64,000 bases of DNA from Pseudomonadota bacterium (GTDB taxonomy: Bacteria; Pseudomonadota; Gammaproteobacteria; Burkholderiales; JABEVD01). The notes below the pieces were generated by a model. The model searched no databases and was not told the DNA's origin. It saw only the letters and a list, made by a program, of their open reading frames with translations. Location of the stretch: contig JAJZTQ010000013.1 of NCBI GenBank assembly GCA_021848825.1, positions 672-64,671 on the forward strand. Direction: 5' to 3'. Position 1 is the stretch's first letter; each line of letters starts with the position of its first letter. Below are positions 49,947 to 59,575 of the stretch, piece by piece. A program made the position numbers and the translations under genes.

Positions 49947-50033
49947 ATACGGTCTATTTGCACAGATGATGCTTAATCATCCCCGCTTTCCCCTCTATGA
50001 GCGGGCGTCTTAACTCCAAATAAGACGTTTTTT
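49947..50033 (+). ncRNA. Candidate small RNA, anti-hemB-like motif
   Basis: Two hairpins (GATGAT/ATCATC, 49965-49981; CCCGCT/AGCGGG, 49982-50005) then a terminator (CGTCTTA/TAAGACG, 50006-50027, plus T6). It is on the strand opposite hemB with TATACT at 49934-49939 upstream. No plus-strand CDS lies here. The 5' end is estimated. Confidence 0.55.
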
Positions 50034-50036
50034 ACC

Positions 50037-50083
50037 CCCCTTTCCGGCTTTCTTCCCCTTTTTCCGGAAAGGGGTTTCTTTTT
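50037..50083 (+). terminator. Second plus-strand terminator-like hairpin
   Basis: 11-bp stem CCCCTTTCCGG/CCGGAAAGGGG (50037-50074) followed by TTTCTTTTT. Confidence 0.65.
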
Positions 50084-50672
50084 ATGCCAGCCATTTTCCT
50101 ATGACGAGCTCCGCCTCTTCGATTCCCGTCTTCTTGAGACTGGAAAAAAGCTGGATGGTGCAATTGGGATAATTCTTTTCCAGGAATTGCCGGGCTTCCC
50201 TCAGAACCTTCGTCCCCTGCTGCCTGCTCAGCTTGTCGGATTTCGTGAGCAGGATGTGGATGGGTTTCCCTGTCGGGCCGAACCAGTCGAGCATCTTCAG
50301 GTCGAGCGGCGTGAAGGGATGGCGGGAATCCATGATGAGCACCAGCCCGTGAAGCTGGTTCCGCTCCTGCAGATACCGGCCAAGCAGCGTTTCCCAGTGC
50401 AGCCTGATATCCTCGGGCACTTTTGCGAAGCCGTATCCGGGAAGATCGACCAGGAAGCTTCCTTCACCCAGGCTGAAGTAGTTGATGTGCTGGGTCCGCC
50501 CGGGCGTCTTGCTGACGAAGGCGAGCCTGGTTCTGCCTGAGAGCGTGTTGATCGCGCTCGACTTTCCCGCGTTGGACCTTCCCGCGAAGGCGACTTCGGC
50601 CCTGGAATCCGGGGGAAGATCGCGGAAATGGTTTACCGTGATATGGAATGCTGCATTTCTGAAAAGCGTCAT
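50082..50672 (-). CDS. engB: Ribosome biogenesis GTP-binding protein YihA/EngB
   Basis: [28 protein letters not shown]. Confidence 0.97.
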   Translation of the reverse strand: MTLFRNAAFHITVNHFRDLPPDSRAEVAFAGRSNAGKSSAINTLSGRTRLAFVSKTPGRTQHINYFSLGEGSFLVDLPGYGFAKVPEDIRLHWETLLGRYLQERNQLHGLVLIMDSRHPFTPLDLKMLDWFGPTGKPIHILLTKSDKLSRQQGTKVLREARQFLEKNYPNCTIQLFSSLKKTGIEEAELVIGKWLA

Positions 50673-51946
50673 GCTTTGGAAAAATATTTCCTGGCAGCCG
50701 AAAGCGTCTTTTCCATTTCGGCTTCTTCATGCGCGATCGAGACGAATCCGGCTTCGAATGCCGATGGGGCGAAATAGATTCCCTCGTCCAGCATGAAATG
50801 GAAGAAGCGGTTGAATGCCTCTTTGTCGCATTGCATGACTTCCGCATAGCTTTCCGGCGGTGTTTCCCTGAAATAAAGGCCGAACATGCCGCCCACCGAT
50901 TGGGCGGAGAAGGCGATTCCCGCATCCTTCGCAATCGATGCAAGTCCTTCGGTGAGGATCCTCGTCTTTTCGGAAAGCTTTTCGAAGAATCCCGGCGCCT
51001 GGAGAAGCTTCAAAGTGGCAAGCCCTGCCGCCATCGCGACGGGATTTCCTGAGAGCGTTCCCGCCTGATAGACGGGTCCGAGCGGGGCGAGAGATTGCAT
51101 GATTTCCTTCTTTCCGCCGAATGCGCCTACGGGCATGCCGCCCCCTATGACCTTCCCGAGCGTGGTGAGGTCGGGCCTGATGCCGTAAAGACCCTGCGCC
51201 GAGGCGAGCCCGACCCTGAATCCTGTCATCACTTCGTCGAAAATCAGAACGGAGCCGTACTTCGTGCAGCAGTTCCTCAGTGTTTCCAGGAAAGCCTGCT
51301 TCGGTGCGACGAGATTCATGTTCCCAGCAACGGGCTCGATGATCACGGCGGCTATTTTTTCGCCCAGCTTGTCGAATGTTTCCTCGAGCTTTCCGGCATC
51401 GTTGTAATCGAGAACGAGGGTATGCTGGGCAGTTTCAGGAGGAACGCCTGCGGAGCTGGGATTGCCGAAGGTCAGTGCGCCCGAGCCCGCCTTGACGAGG
51501 AGGGAATCCGCATGGCCGTGATAGCATCCCTCGAACTTGACGATCGCGCTCCGCCCGGTATAGCCGCGGGCAAGCCTGATCGCGCTCATGGTCGCTTCCG
51601 TTCCGGAGCTCACCAGCCTCACCTGGTCCATGGAAGGGAGGAGCTCGCAAAGGAGATCGGCCATTTCGAGCTCCAGCCTTGTCGGCGCGCCGAAGCTCAA
51701 GCCGAGCTCAGCCGTTTCGCATACCGCGCGTATCACTTCCGGATGGGCATGCCCGAGTATCATCGGACCCCATGATCCGACATAATCGACATAACATTTT
51801 CCATCTTCGTCCCAGACATGGGCCCCTTTCCCTTTCTTGAAGAAGAGGGGGCTTCCGCCTACCGAACCGAATGCTCGAACGGGCGAATTGACTCCGCCTG
51901 GGATGTGGATGCGGGATTTTTCGAAAAGATTCTGATTGTTCGTCAT
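50669..51946 (-). CDS. hemL: Glutamate-1-semialdehyde 2,1-aminomutase
   Basis: [33 protein letters not shown]-lysine motif TLGKVIGGG. Confidence 0.99.
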   Translation of the reverse strand: MTNNQNLFEKSRIHIPGGVNSPVRAFGSVGGSPLFFKKGKGAHVWDEDGKCYVDYVGSWGPMILGHAHPEVIRAVCETAELGLSFGAPTRLELEMADLLCELLPSMDQVRLVSSGTEATMSAIRLARGYTGRSAIVKFEGCYHGHADSLLVKAGSGALTFGNPSSAGVPPETAQHTLVLDYNDAGKLEETFDKLGEKIAAVIIEPVAGNMNLVAPKQAFLETLRNCCTKYGSVLIFDEVMTGFRVGLASAQGLYGIRPDLTTLGKVIGGGMPVGAFGGKKEIMQSLAPLGPVYQAGTLSGNPVAMAAGLATLKLLQAPGFFEKLSEKTRILTEGLASIAKDAGIAFSAQSVGGMFGLYFRETPPESYAEVMQCDKEAFNRFFHFMLDEGIYFAPSAFEAGFVSIAHEEAEMEKTLSAARKYFSKA

Positions 51947-52551
51947 TTTTCGTAGAAAAGTTCTGAAAATTGTCTTGCGGATGCGGTTATGTCGGGAGCG
52001 TCGAAAAGAGATGAGATGACGGCGAGCGCATCCGCTCCGGATTCTATCAGAAGCTCCCCGTTTTCGGGGGTAATTCCGCCTATCGCTACGACAGGTATCT
52101 TGATCGAAAGTTTTGACATTTGCAACAGACCGGGCGAGGCCTTCACCGCATCAGGCTTCGTGCTGGATGGGAAGAAGCTGCCGAAGGCGACATAGTCGGC
52201 CCCAAGATATTGCGCCTGAACAGCGAGCTCGATGCTGTCGTAGCAGGAAACGCCGAGGAGCTTCTTTTTCAGCCTTCTTCTCGCCAGGCCGATTTCAAGA
52301 TCGTCGGAACCGACATGGGCGCCGTCGGCATCGATCTCGATGGCAAGATCGATGTCGTCGTTGATGATCAGGGGGACGCCATGAGCCTTGCAGAGTTTCT
52401 TCAGGGAAAGCGCCTGTTCCATCTTCTTCTGATGATCCGCCGACTTGTTCCTGTATTGCAGCACTCTTGCGCCGCCTTTCAGCGCCGACTCGACCTTCCG
52501 AGCGAGGCCTTCATCGCAGTCAGGCGTGATGGCGTAAAGCCCGGATATCAC
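51943..52551 (-). CDS. thiE: Thiamine-phosphate synthase
   Basis: GTG start overlapping the thiD stop; [39 protein letters not shown]. Confidence 0.96.
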   Translation of the reverse strand: MISGLYAITPDCDEGLARKVESALKGGARVLQYRNKSADHQKKMEQALSLKKLCKAHGVPLIINDDIDLAIEIDADGAHVGSDDLEIGLARRRLKKKLLGVSCYDSIELAVQAQYLGADYVAFGSFFPSSTKPDAVKASPGLLQMSKLSIKIPVVAIGGITPENGELLIESGADALAVISSLFDAPDITASARQFSELFYEK

Positions 52552-53351
52552 GCTTCTTCGCGGGCCCAGAAGAACCTGTCCGGGAGATACTGGCCCATTC
52601 CCGGGCGGAAACCCGCTTCCAGCGTGTTCCAGGTGTATTCCTGGGCCTTCTCCACGGCCGTTTCGATGTCGAGACCCAATGCGATCGCTGCCGAAATGGA
52701 AGAAGCCAGCGTGCAGCCGGAACCGTGATAGGAATGGGGGAGCCTTTCCCAAGAATCGACCCGCAATATGCCCGAGTCGCCGTAAAGCGTATTGACGACC
52801 TTGGGTGAATTTTCATGCGTGCCGGTGATCAGCACATATTCCGAGCCCATTTCTAGAAGTCGCTCCGCGCACCGGGCGAGGGTTCCCTCTTCCTGTTCGT
52901 CGAGGGCCAGATATCTCGCCTCGATGCTGTTGGGCGTGACGATCGTGGTCTGGGAAACGAGCAGGCTTCTCATGGCGTCTATCATTTCCTCCGTGGCGAA
53001 GCTGTCCCCTCTTCCCGACGAAAGAACCGGGTCGAGTATCAGCGGGATGTCGGGATAATCCGACACGACTTCCGCTATCGCCGCGATGTTTTCCACGCTT
53101 CCCATGACCCCGATCTTGAAGGCGTGAACAGCCATGTCTTCGAGCACGCTTCTCGCCTGATCCGCCACCCAGTCCGGATCGATCGCCATCATGTCTTCCA
53201 CCCCCATCGTGTCCTGGATGGTTATCCCGGTCACGACGGAAAGGGGATGGCAGCCCATGCTGGCGATGGTCATGATGTCTGCCTGCAGGCCCGCCCCTCC
53301 GGAGGGATCGGTTGCGGAAAAACAGAGCACGACAGGCGGGGGCTGATTCAT
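52548..53351 (-). CDS. thiD: Hydroxymethylpyrimidine/phosphomethylpyrimidine kinase
   Basis: DPSGGAGLQAD, ILDPVL, TPNSIEA, YHGSGCTLAS. Real start is ATG 53351 within ORF 52548..53882. Confidence 0.95.
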   Translation of the reverse strand: MNQPPPVVLCFSATDPSGGAGLQADIMTIASMGCHPLSVVTGITIQDTMGVEDMMAIDPDWVADQARSVLEDMAVHAFKIGVMGSVENIAAIAEVVSDYPDIPLILDPVLSSGRGDSFATEEMIDAMRSLLVSQTTIVTPNSIEARYLALDEQEEGTLARCAERLLEMGSEYVLITGTHENSPKVVNTLYGDSGILRVDSWERLPHSYHGSGCTLASSISAAIALGLDIETAVEKAQEYTWNTLEAGFRPGMGQYLPDRFFWAREEA

Positions 53352-53401
53352 GGGAAAATATGCATTAAAATTCGATTTTACCCCAAGAAAAAGGCGACCG
53401 C

Positions 53402-53566
53402 TTGAGAAAATATCTTTGCCTGATCTGCGGCTATATCTACGACGAGGCTTTGGGATGTCCTGAAGACGGGATACCCCCGGGAACCCTCTGGGAAGACGTG
53501 CCGATGAACTGGACCTGTCCCGAGTGCGGCGCGCGCAAGGAAGATTTCGAACTCCTGGAGGGATGA
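53402..53566 (+). CDS. Rubredoxin
   Basis: Not in the ORF track (TTG start, 54 aa). Manual translation: [54 protein letters not shown], with two CxxC motifs. Confidence 0.97.
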   Translation: MRKYLCLICGYIYDEALGCPEDGIPPGTLWEDVPMNWTCPECGARKEDFELLEG

Positions 53567-53567
53567 A

Positions 53568-53948
53568 ATGAGGCTGCTGCACACCATGCTGAGGGTCGGG
53601 AATCTCGATCGATCCCTCGAATTCTATACCCATGTCCTGGGCATGAAGCTCTTGAGGAAAAAGGATTACCCTGAAGGGCGATTCACCCTCGCCTTCGTGG
53701 GCTACGGGGACGAGTCCGAACACGCCGTGATCGAACTCACCCACAACTGGGACACTTCCTCTTATGACCCGGGAAGCGGCTTCGGCCACATCGCGGTCGA
53801 AGTCGATGACGCCTACAGGGCCTGCGAGGAAGTGAAGAAGCTCGGAGGCCGCGTCGTCAGGGAGGCGGGGCCGATGAAGCACGGCACGACAGTCATCGCT
53901 TTCGTGGAAGACCCTGACGGCTACAAGATAGAATTCATACAGCGTTAG
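53568..53948 (+). CDS. gloA: Lactoylglutathione lyase (glyoxalase I)
   Basis: [44 protein letters not shown]. Confidence 0.97.
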   Translation: MRLLHTMLRVGNLDRSLEFYTHVLGMKLLRKKDYPEGRFTLAFVGYGDESEHAVIELTHNWDTSSYDPGSGFGHIAVEVDDAYRACEEVKKLGGRVVREAGPMKHGTTVIAFVEDPDGYKIEFIQR

Positions 53949-53955
53949 CAGCCTG

Positions 53956-54378
53956 TCAGTATTCGGCTTCGCGAACGATAGGCAGCCCTTCCGATTCCCA
54001 GCGCGAAAATCCGCCCGCCACGTTGATCACCTTCCTGAATCCCATCATCTGCAGCACAGCTGCAGCCATGGCCGAGCGGCCGCTCGTGGCGCAGTAGACG
54101 GCGATCTGTTTTTCCCTTGCGCCTGAAAGGGGAGGGTAATGCTTGGGATAGCTCGTGTCGGCAGCAGCTTCGATGATTCCGCGTGGAACGAGATGGGCTC
54201 CGCCGATATGGCCGTGCTCGAATTCAGCTGCCTCGCGAACGTCTATGAGCAGAAGGTCTTCTCCCGCATCCAGCCTTGCCTTGAGCTCTGCCGGGGTGAT
54301 CTCGGTGATGCAGGATTTTGCCGCCCTGACGAAATCCATCAGGCCAACAGGCTGTTCGGGTTTGAAAAGGTTGTACAT
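53956..54378 (-). CDS. Single-domain rhodanese-like sulfurtransferase
   Basis: LIDVRE, GHIGGA, active-site loop YCATSGRS, VAGGFSRW; GGAGG RBS before ATG 54378. Confidence 0.92.
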   Translation of the reverse strand: MYNLFKPEQPVGLMDFVRAAKSCITEITPAELKARLDAGEDLLLIDVREAAEFEHGHIGGAHLVPRGIIEAAADTSYPKHYPPLSGAREKQIAVYCATSGRSAMAAAVLQMMGFRKVINVAGGFSRWESEGLPIVREAEY

Positions 54379-54440
54379 CTCTCCTCCATTATTTTGGAAA
54401 GGGAGCATTTTAGCTTCAGGAAGGAAGCGATGGAAGACGG

Positions 54441-55457
54441 CTATTTCCAGACAGGAAGGGAAACGCCCACTCCCCAGACGGATTGCCTGTAGTTGTAATC
54501 GATAAGGCTTTCCCCGTAGCCCGTGAAATACTGGAGATGCAGATCGAAATCGCTGTGCCAGTCGGGCGAAAAATACTTCATTATCCCGTCCAGCGGATAG
54601 GAATAGTCGAGCTGAATCGACCTGATGCGCGCAATCGCGGAAATCGAGTAACGGTTCACATAGATCAGCTGAACGTCGCCGTAGCCCAGATAATGGGTGA
54701 TGTCCGGATTGTCGTCCTGGAGAGGATCCCTTTCCTTGAATATCCTCGTCCAGAGCCTGGGCAGAAGGATCAGCTTGCCATCATGGAAATCGTCATCCTC
54801 GACTCCAGCCTGAACGTAAAGCCTGTTCCAGCTTCTCGACCTAGGGTCGCTCTGCCCGTTCGACTGATGATCCACCGCGATATTGACGAGGCGAGGTTCG
54901 AGGCCCTGCCCATCGCCGAAAAGCCTTTTCGAAAGAATGAGCTCTGGTTCGTAATTGGTTTCCCTGAAAGGGCGGGAGTGCGATGGATCGTAGAACTGCC
55001 AGAATGAAAGCTGGGTATAGCCGAACCATGCCGCCCAGTCCCGGCTGTCAGCGGTCCAAAGTTTCGATTTGAAGCTGAACTGGAATTTCGCTTCGGTGTT
55101 GTCCAGAGGGTAGCTGTATGGGACGCTGTTGCTTGGATTCGGGCTAGTCGGCGCATTGTTGGGATTCGAAGAATTTGAGATGGGAAGGAAATAGCTCTGC
55201 CTGTAAGTGGAAATGGGATTGCGCTGCTCCGGATCCCATTCGGAAAGAAGGATGGAATCCTGGGCCGCCTTCGCGATCCCGGGTGAAGGGGCCTCATGCG
55301 CCTGAGGCTCGGCCCTCGATGCCAGGTTCTTGTAGCAGTCGCGCTGGGCTGCGAGCGGCGCATTGCTTTTTTCCAGGTTCAGGCAGTCCTGGAAATCCAG
55401 CGCGTGAACAGGCATGGAAATGAATGCCAGAGCCAGAAGCATCAATATCCTGATCAT
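54441..55457 (-). CDS. pldA: Outer membrane phospholipase A (OMPLA)
   Basis: Signal peptide, EAKFQFSFK, FGYTQLSFWQ, FRETNYEPEL, catalytic HQSNG and SWNRLY, GYGESLIDYN. Confidence 0.93.
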   Translation of the reverse strand: MIRILMLLALAFISMPVHALDFQDCLNLEKSNAPLAAQRDCYKNLASRAEPQAHEAPSPGIAKAAQDSILLSEWDPEQRNPISTYRQSYFLPISNSSNPNNAPTSPNPSNSVPYSYPLDNTEAKFQFSFKSKLWTADSRDWAAWFGYTQLSFWQFYDPSHSRPFRETNYEPELILSKRLFGDGQGLEPRLVNIAVDHQSNGQSDPRSRSWNRLYVQAGVEDDDFHDGKLILLPRLWTRIFKERDPLQDDNPDITHYLGYGDVQLIYVNRYSISAIARIRSIQLDYSYPLDGIMKYFSPDWHSDFDLHLQYFTGYGESLIDYNYRQSVWGVGVSLPVWK

Positions 55458-56212
55458 TTTTTGGCAAGCCAGTCCGATATCTTCGCGAAATCCGATACGG
55501 AAAGATTCTCCGCCCTATCATTCTGGTCTATTTTCAGGAAATTGAAATCTTCCGGAGAAAGAAAAGGCTTCAGGGTATTCCTGAGCGTCTTCCTTCGCTG
55601 GGAGAATGCGGCAAGGACGATTTTCGAAAAGAGCGCCTCACTCTTCGCGACAGGGGAAGAAAGCGGAACCATCCGGACGATTGCCGAATCGACTTTCGGT
55701 TCCGGATAGAAGCATTCGGGCGGCACTTCGAAACACTTCTCCATGGCAAACCTGTTCTGAAGCATCACCGAAAGCCTGCCGTAGTCGGGAGAAGAAGGAT
55801 CCGCAGTCATTCTGTCGACCACTTCCTTCTGCAGCATGAAATGCATGTCCTTTATATGGGAGGAAAACCCGGAAAGATGGAAGAGCAGGGGGGTGGAAAT
55901 GTTGTAGGGGAGATTGCCCACTATCCTGAGACCGCTTCCCAATTCTGAGAAATCGAATTTCAGCGCATCGGCCTGGTGAATGACGAGTTTTTCGATGGAA
56001 AAGCGCTTCGAAAGCCTCTCGACTATGTCCCTGTCTATCTCGATCACTTCCAGCCTGTCGAGGATTCCGAGGAGAGGGATGGTGAGGGCGCCCAATCCCG
56101 GTCCGATCTCGACCATCCTGTCCTTCGCTTCCGGGCGGATCGCATCGATGATCCTCGATATGACTTCCTGATCCTTCAGGAAATTCTGGCCGAAGCGCTT
56201 CCTGGGCTTCAT
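55454..56212 (-). CDS. rsmA: 16S rRNA m6(2)A1518/1519 dimethyltransferase RsmA (KsgA)
   Basis: RKRFGQNFL, EIGPGLG, GNLPYNIS, MLQKEV, FSQRRKTL. Start is ATG 56212. Confidence 0.98.
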   Translation of the reverse strand: MKPRKRFGQNFLKDQEVISRIIDAIRPEAKDRMVEIGPGLGALTIPLLGILDRLEVIEIDRDIVERLSKRFSIEKLVIHQADALKFDFSELGSGLRIVGNLPYNISTPLLFHLSGFSSHIKDMHFMLQKEVVDRMTADPSSPDYGRLSVMLQNRFAMEKCFEVPPECFYPEPKVDSAIVRMVPLSSPVAKSEALFSKIVLAAFSQRRKTLRNTLKPFLSPEDFNFLKIDQNDRAENLSVSDFAKISDWLAKK

Positions 56213-57186
56213 CTTCCGACCATTTCCATGGCGGCATGAATAGCCGCCCTGAGGCTTCCCCTGTCTATTCTTCCCGTACCGGCGAGGCTGAGCGCCGTGC
56301 CGTGGTCGACCGAAGTCCTGACTATGGGAAGCCCGAGGGTGACATTGACGCCCTGCCCGAAGCTCGCATATTTCAAGACAGGAAGCCCCTGGTCGTGATA
56401 CATGGCGAGCACGCAATCGACGCCTGAAAGATGGTTGAAGAGCGTGTCGGCAGGCAGCGGGCCGGAAAGGTTCATCCCTTCCGTTCTCAGCGAATCGAGC
56501 GCGGGCTCGATGACGTCCATTTCCTCTCGCCCGAGATAACCCGACTCCCCTGCATGGGGGTTGAGCCCTGCCACGACGATATTGGGTGAAGGGATGCCGA
56601 ATCTTCTTTTCAGGTCGCGATCGATGATTCTGAGGGTGCGTTCTAGCGTTTCCCTGGTGATTGCATCCGGCACTGCTCTCAACGGAAGATGGGTGGTCGC
56701 AAGGGCGACTTTCATCCCCCCGCCCATCAGCATCATGACGACATGGTCAGTTTCGGTGAGTTCGGCAAGATATTCGGTGTGACCGCTGAAATGGAAACCC
56801 GCATCGTTGATGACCCCCTTGTGAACGGGAGCAGTGACGATTCCGTCGAATTCGCCGTTCATGCAGCCCTCGGCGGCCCGCCTTATGGTCTCGAGAACAT
56901 AGCCGCCGTTGGATGGATCAAGCTTCCCGGGAACGGCCTTTGACCGAAGGGGAACATGAAGGATGGAAAGCCTGCCTGCATTTGCAGGATCGTAATCCGG
57001 GATTCCGAAGGAAAGGCCGAGCATTTCGCATCTTTCCCTGATCATTTCCCTGTCCGCGACGACCACGATATTCGCGGAAAAGCCTTCATGGAAGAGAAAG
57101 GCGCAGAGATCTGGACCTATCCCTGCCGGCTCTCCAGCGGTGACCGCCAGGACGATTTCATTGGTTGTCGAGATGGTATTCGACAT
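56209..57186 (-). CDS. pdxA: 4-hydroxythreonine-4-phosphate dehydrogenase
   Basis: GEPAGIGPD, TAPVHK, GHTEYL, GLNPHAGE, GPLPADT, MYHDQGL, RTSVDHGTA. Confidence 0.98.
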   Translation of the reverse strand: MSNTISTTNEIVLAVTAGEPAGIGPDLCAFLFHEGFSANIVVVADREMIRERCEMLGLSFGIPDYDPANAGRLSILHVPLRSKAVPGKLDPSNGGYVLETIRRAAEGCMNGEFDGIVTAPVHKGVINDAGFHFSGHTEYLAELTETDHVVMMLMGGGMKVALATTHLPLRAVPDAITRETLERTLRIIDRDLKRRFGIPSPNIVVAGLNPHAGESGYLGREEMDVIEPALDSLRTEGMNLSGPLPADTLFNHLSGVDCVLAMYHDQGLPVLKYASFGQGVNVTLGLPIVRTSVDHGTALSLAGTGRIDRGSLRAAIHAAMEMVGR

Positions 57187-58447
57187 AGGCCTGGTCCCGC
57201 AGCTGCCTCAGCCATTCCTGATAGGCTTCGTCCGACTTTCTCGCTGCGAGCGCCTTGCGCGCTTCGGTTGTCCTCTTTTCCTTGCCTACGTCTTCGCTTC
57301 GCCTGCCCAGGACCTGTATCAGGTGCCAGCCGAAAGGCGTATGGACAGGTTCGCTGATCTCCCCGGGCTTCAATGCATCCATGGCCTTCTGGAATTCGGG
57401 AACGGTGTCTCCAGGAGAAACCCATCCCAGATCGCCGCCGCTGGACGCGCTCGGGTCGTCGGAATGGAGTTTGGCTTCTTGCGCGAAATCAGCTCCCTTT
57501 TCTATCCTGTCCCGGATTTCCTGCAGCTTGCGCTTCGCGTCGTCCTCCGATACATCCTCTCCGGTCTTGATCAGGATATGCCTGACATGCGTTTGCGTCA
57601 CGACTGAATGGGAACTCGCATCGCGTTTGTCCACGAGCTTGATGATGTGGAATCCGTTGGGGCTCCTGATGATGCCGCTGATCTCCCCGGGATGCATTTT
57701 CTGCAGCATCTCGGTGAAGGCCGTGGGCAATTGTCCTGCAGGCTTCCAGCCGATCGAGCCGCCCTGGAGCGCATCGGGTGCGTCCGAGAAGGAAGCGGCA
57801 ACCTGCCCGAAATCGGCGCCTTCCTTCAGCTTGGTCAGCGCTGTTTCGGCTTTTCTGAGCTGCGCCTGGATCTGCTCGGCATTCGCCTGTTCGGGGAGCC
57901 CGATGAAGATGTGGGAAAGATTGTACTCCTCGGCCCTGCCCTGTTGTTCCTGGTTCTTGAGGTAATTGTTGATTTCGCTGTCGGTGACGACAATCTTGCT
58001 GTCGACTTCGCGCTGCCTCAGCCTGGACTTGATGATCTCCGTCCTGATCTGTTCCTTGAAATCGTCGAATGAAATGCCGTCCTTCTCGACAGCATCCCTG
58101 AATTGCGAGGGGGAGAGGTTGTTGTCTGAAGCGATTCTGTCGATGGCCTTGTTGAGCTGGTCGTCGTCGACCTTGAGGCCGACCTCCTTGGCATACTGGA
58201 GCTGGACCTTGTCCATGATCATCTGCTCGAGAACCTGCTTTTTCAGGACGTCGGGGGGGGGGAGCGGGATGCCCCGCTTCTCGATCTGCTTCGAGATCGC
58301 CTTGATCTGGTTGTCGAGTTCGACCTGTGTGATCACGCCGTCGTTGACGACTGCGACGATGCGGTTGATCAGTTCCTGGCTTTCGGCCGAATTTGCGGCG
58401 AGCAGAAAGGCTAGGAAGAAAAAAAGCCTGAAAAATTTGTTTGTCAT
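57158..58447 (-). CDS. surA: Periplasmic chaperone/peptidyl-prolyl isomerase SurA
   Basis: Signal peptide, RIVAVVNDGVIT and two parvulin domains (YNLSHIF, THVRHILIK, SGGDLGW). Start is probably ATG 58447 (ORF track 58474). Confidence 0.96.
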   Translation of the reverse strand: MTNKFFRLFFFLAFLLAANSAESQELINRIVAVVNDGVITQVELDNQIKAISKQIEKRGIPLPPPDVLKKQVLEQMIMDKVQLQYAKEVGLKVDDDQLNKAIDRIASDNNLSPSQFRDAVEKDGISFDDFKEQIRTEIIKSRLRQREVDSKIVVTDSEINNYLKNQEQQGRAEEYNLSHIFIGLPEQANAEQIQAQLRKAETALTKLKEGADFGQVAASFSDAPDALQGGSIGWKPAGQLPTAFTEMLQKMHPGEISGIIRSPNGFHIIKLVDKRDASSHSVVTQTHVRHILIKTGEDVSEDDAKRKLQEIRDRIEKGADFAQEAKLHSDDPSASSGGDLGWVSPGDTVPEFQKAMDALKPGEISEPVHTPFGWHLIQVLGRRSEDVGKEKRTTEARKALAARKSDEAYQEWLRQLRDQAYVEYHLDNQ

Positions 58448-58483
58448 CACGCGACCCTGAAGAACAGCTCTCATTCTAACCCA

Positions 58484-59575
58484 TCAGACATTGAATCTGA
58501 AATGCATGACGTCGCCGTCCTGCACCACGTAATCCTTCCCTTCGAGGCGCATCTTGCCGGCTTCCTTTGCGCCCTGTTCGCCCTTGAAGGCGACGAAGTC
58601 GTCGTAGGCGATCACTTCCGCGCGTATGAAGCCGTGCTCGAAGTCGGTATGGATGACGCCTGCAGCCTTCGGCGCGGTGTCTCCCTTGTGTATGGTCCAG
58701 GCCCTGACTTCCTTGACCCCTGCGGTGAAATAGGTCTGGAGCCCGAGGAGCGTGTATCCGGCCCTGATCACCCTGTCCAGCCCGGGCTCGGAGAGCCCCA
58801 TGTCCTTGAGGAAATCAGCCTTGTCTTCCTCATCGAGATCGGCTATTTCAGCCTCTATCGCGGCGCACACGGCAACCACGGGGGCATGCTCCCCTTCGGC
58901 ATACCGGTTCACGGCGTCCAGAAGGGGATTGTTCGCGAATCCGCTTTCGCTGACGTTGGCGACATACATGGCTGGTTTTGCGGTCAGAAGGCAGAGCGGT
59001 TTCAGGAGATGAATTTCCTCTTCTTCTAGATCCATGCTTCTCACGGGCTGCCCGCCATCGAGATGGGCCTGCACCTTTTCCAGCAGGGAAACGAGCTTCA
59101 GCGCTTCCTTGTCCCCGCTTTTCGCAGTCTTGCCATGCCTTGCAAGCGCCTTTTCGACAGTGGAAAGGTCCGCGAGGCCGAGTTCGGTATTGATGGTCTC
59201 GATGTCGGAAATTGGATCGACCCTGTTCGCCACGTGGACCACATTGGCGTCCTCGAAGCAGCGAACCACATGGACGATGCCGTCCGTCTCCCTGATGTTG
59301 GCGAGGAACTGGTTTCCGAGCCCTTCGCCCTTGGATGCGCCTGCGACGAGACCCGCTATGTCGACGAATTCGACGATCGCGGGCTGGATTTTCTGCGGCC
59401 TGACTATTTCGGAAAGCCTGGCAATCCTCGAATCCGGGACCTCCACGATGCCCACATTCGGCTCTATCGTGCAGAAGGGATAGTTTTCGGCGGCGATCCC
59501 CGATTTCGTCAGGGCATTGAAGAGGGTGGACTTGCCGACATTGGGCAAACCCACGATTCCGCATTTGAGGCTCAT
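58484..59575 (-). CDS. ychF: Redox-regulated ATPase YchF
   Basis: [44 protein letters not shown]-terminal HFRFNV. Confidence 0.99.
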   Translation of the reverse strand: MSLKCGIVGLPNVGKSTLFNALTKSGIAAENYPFCTIEPNVGIVEVPDSRIARLSEIVRPQKIQPAIVEFVDIAGLVAGASKGEGLGNQFLANIRETDGIVHVVRCFEDANVVHVANRVDPISDIETINTELGLADLSTVEKALARHGKTAKSGDKEALKLVSLLEKVQAHLDGGQPVRSMDLEEEEIHLLKPLCLLTAKPAMYVANVSESGFANNPLLDAVNRYAEGEHAPVVAVCAAIEAEIADLDEEDKADFLKDMGLSEPGLDRVIRAGYTLLGLQTYFTAGVKEVRAWTIHKGDTAPKAAGVIHTDFEHGFIRAEVIAYDDFVAFKGEQGAKEAGKMRLEGKDYVVQDGDVMHFRFNV

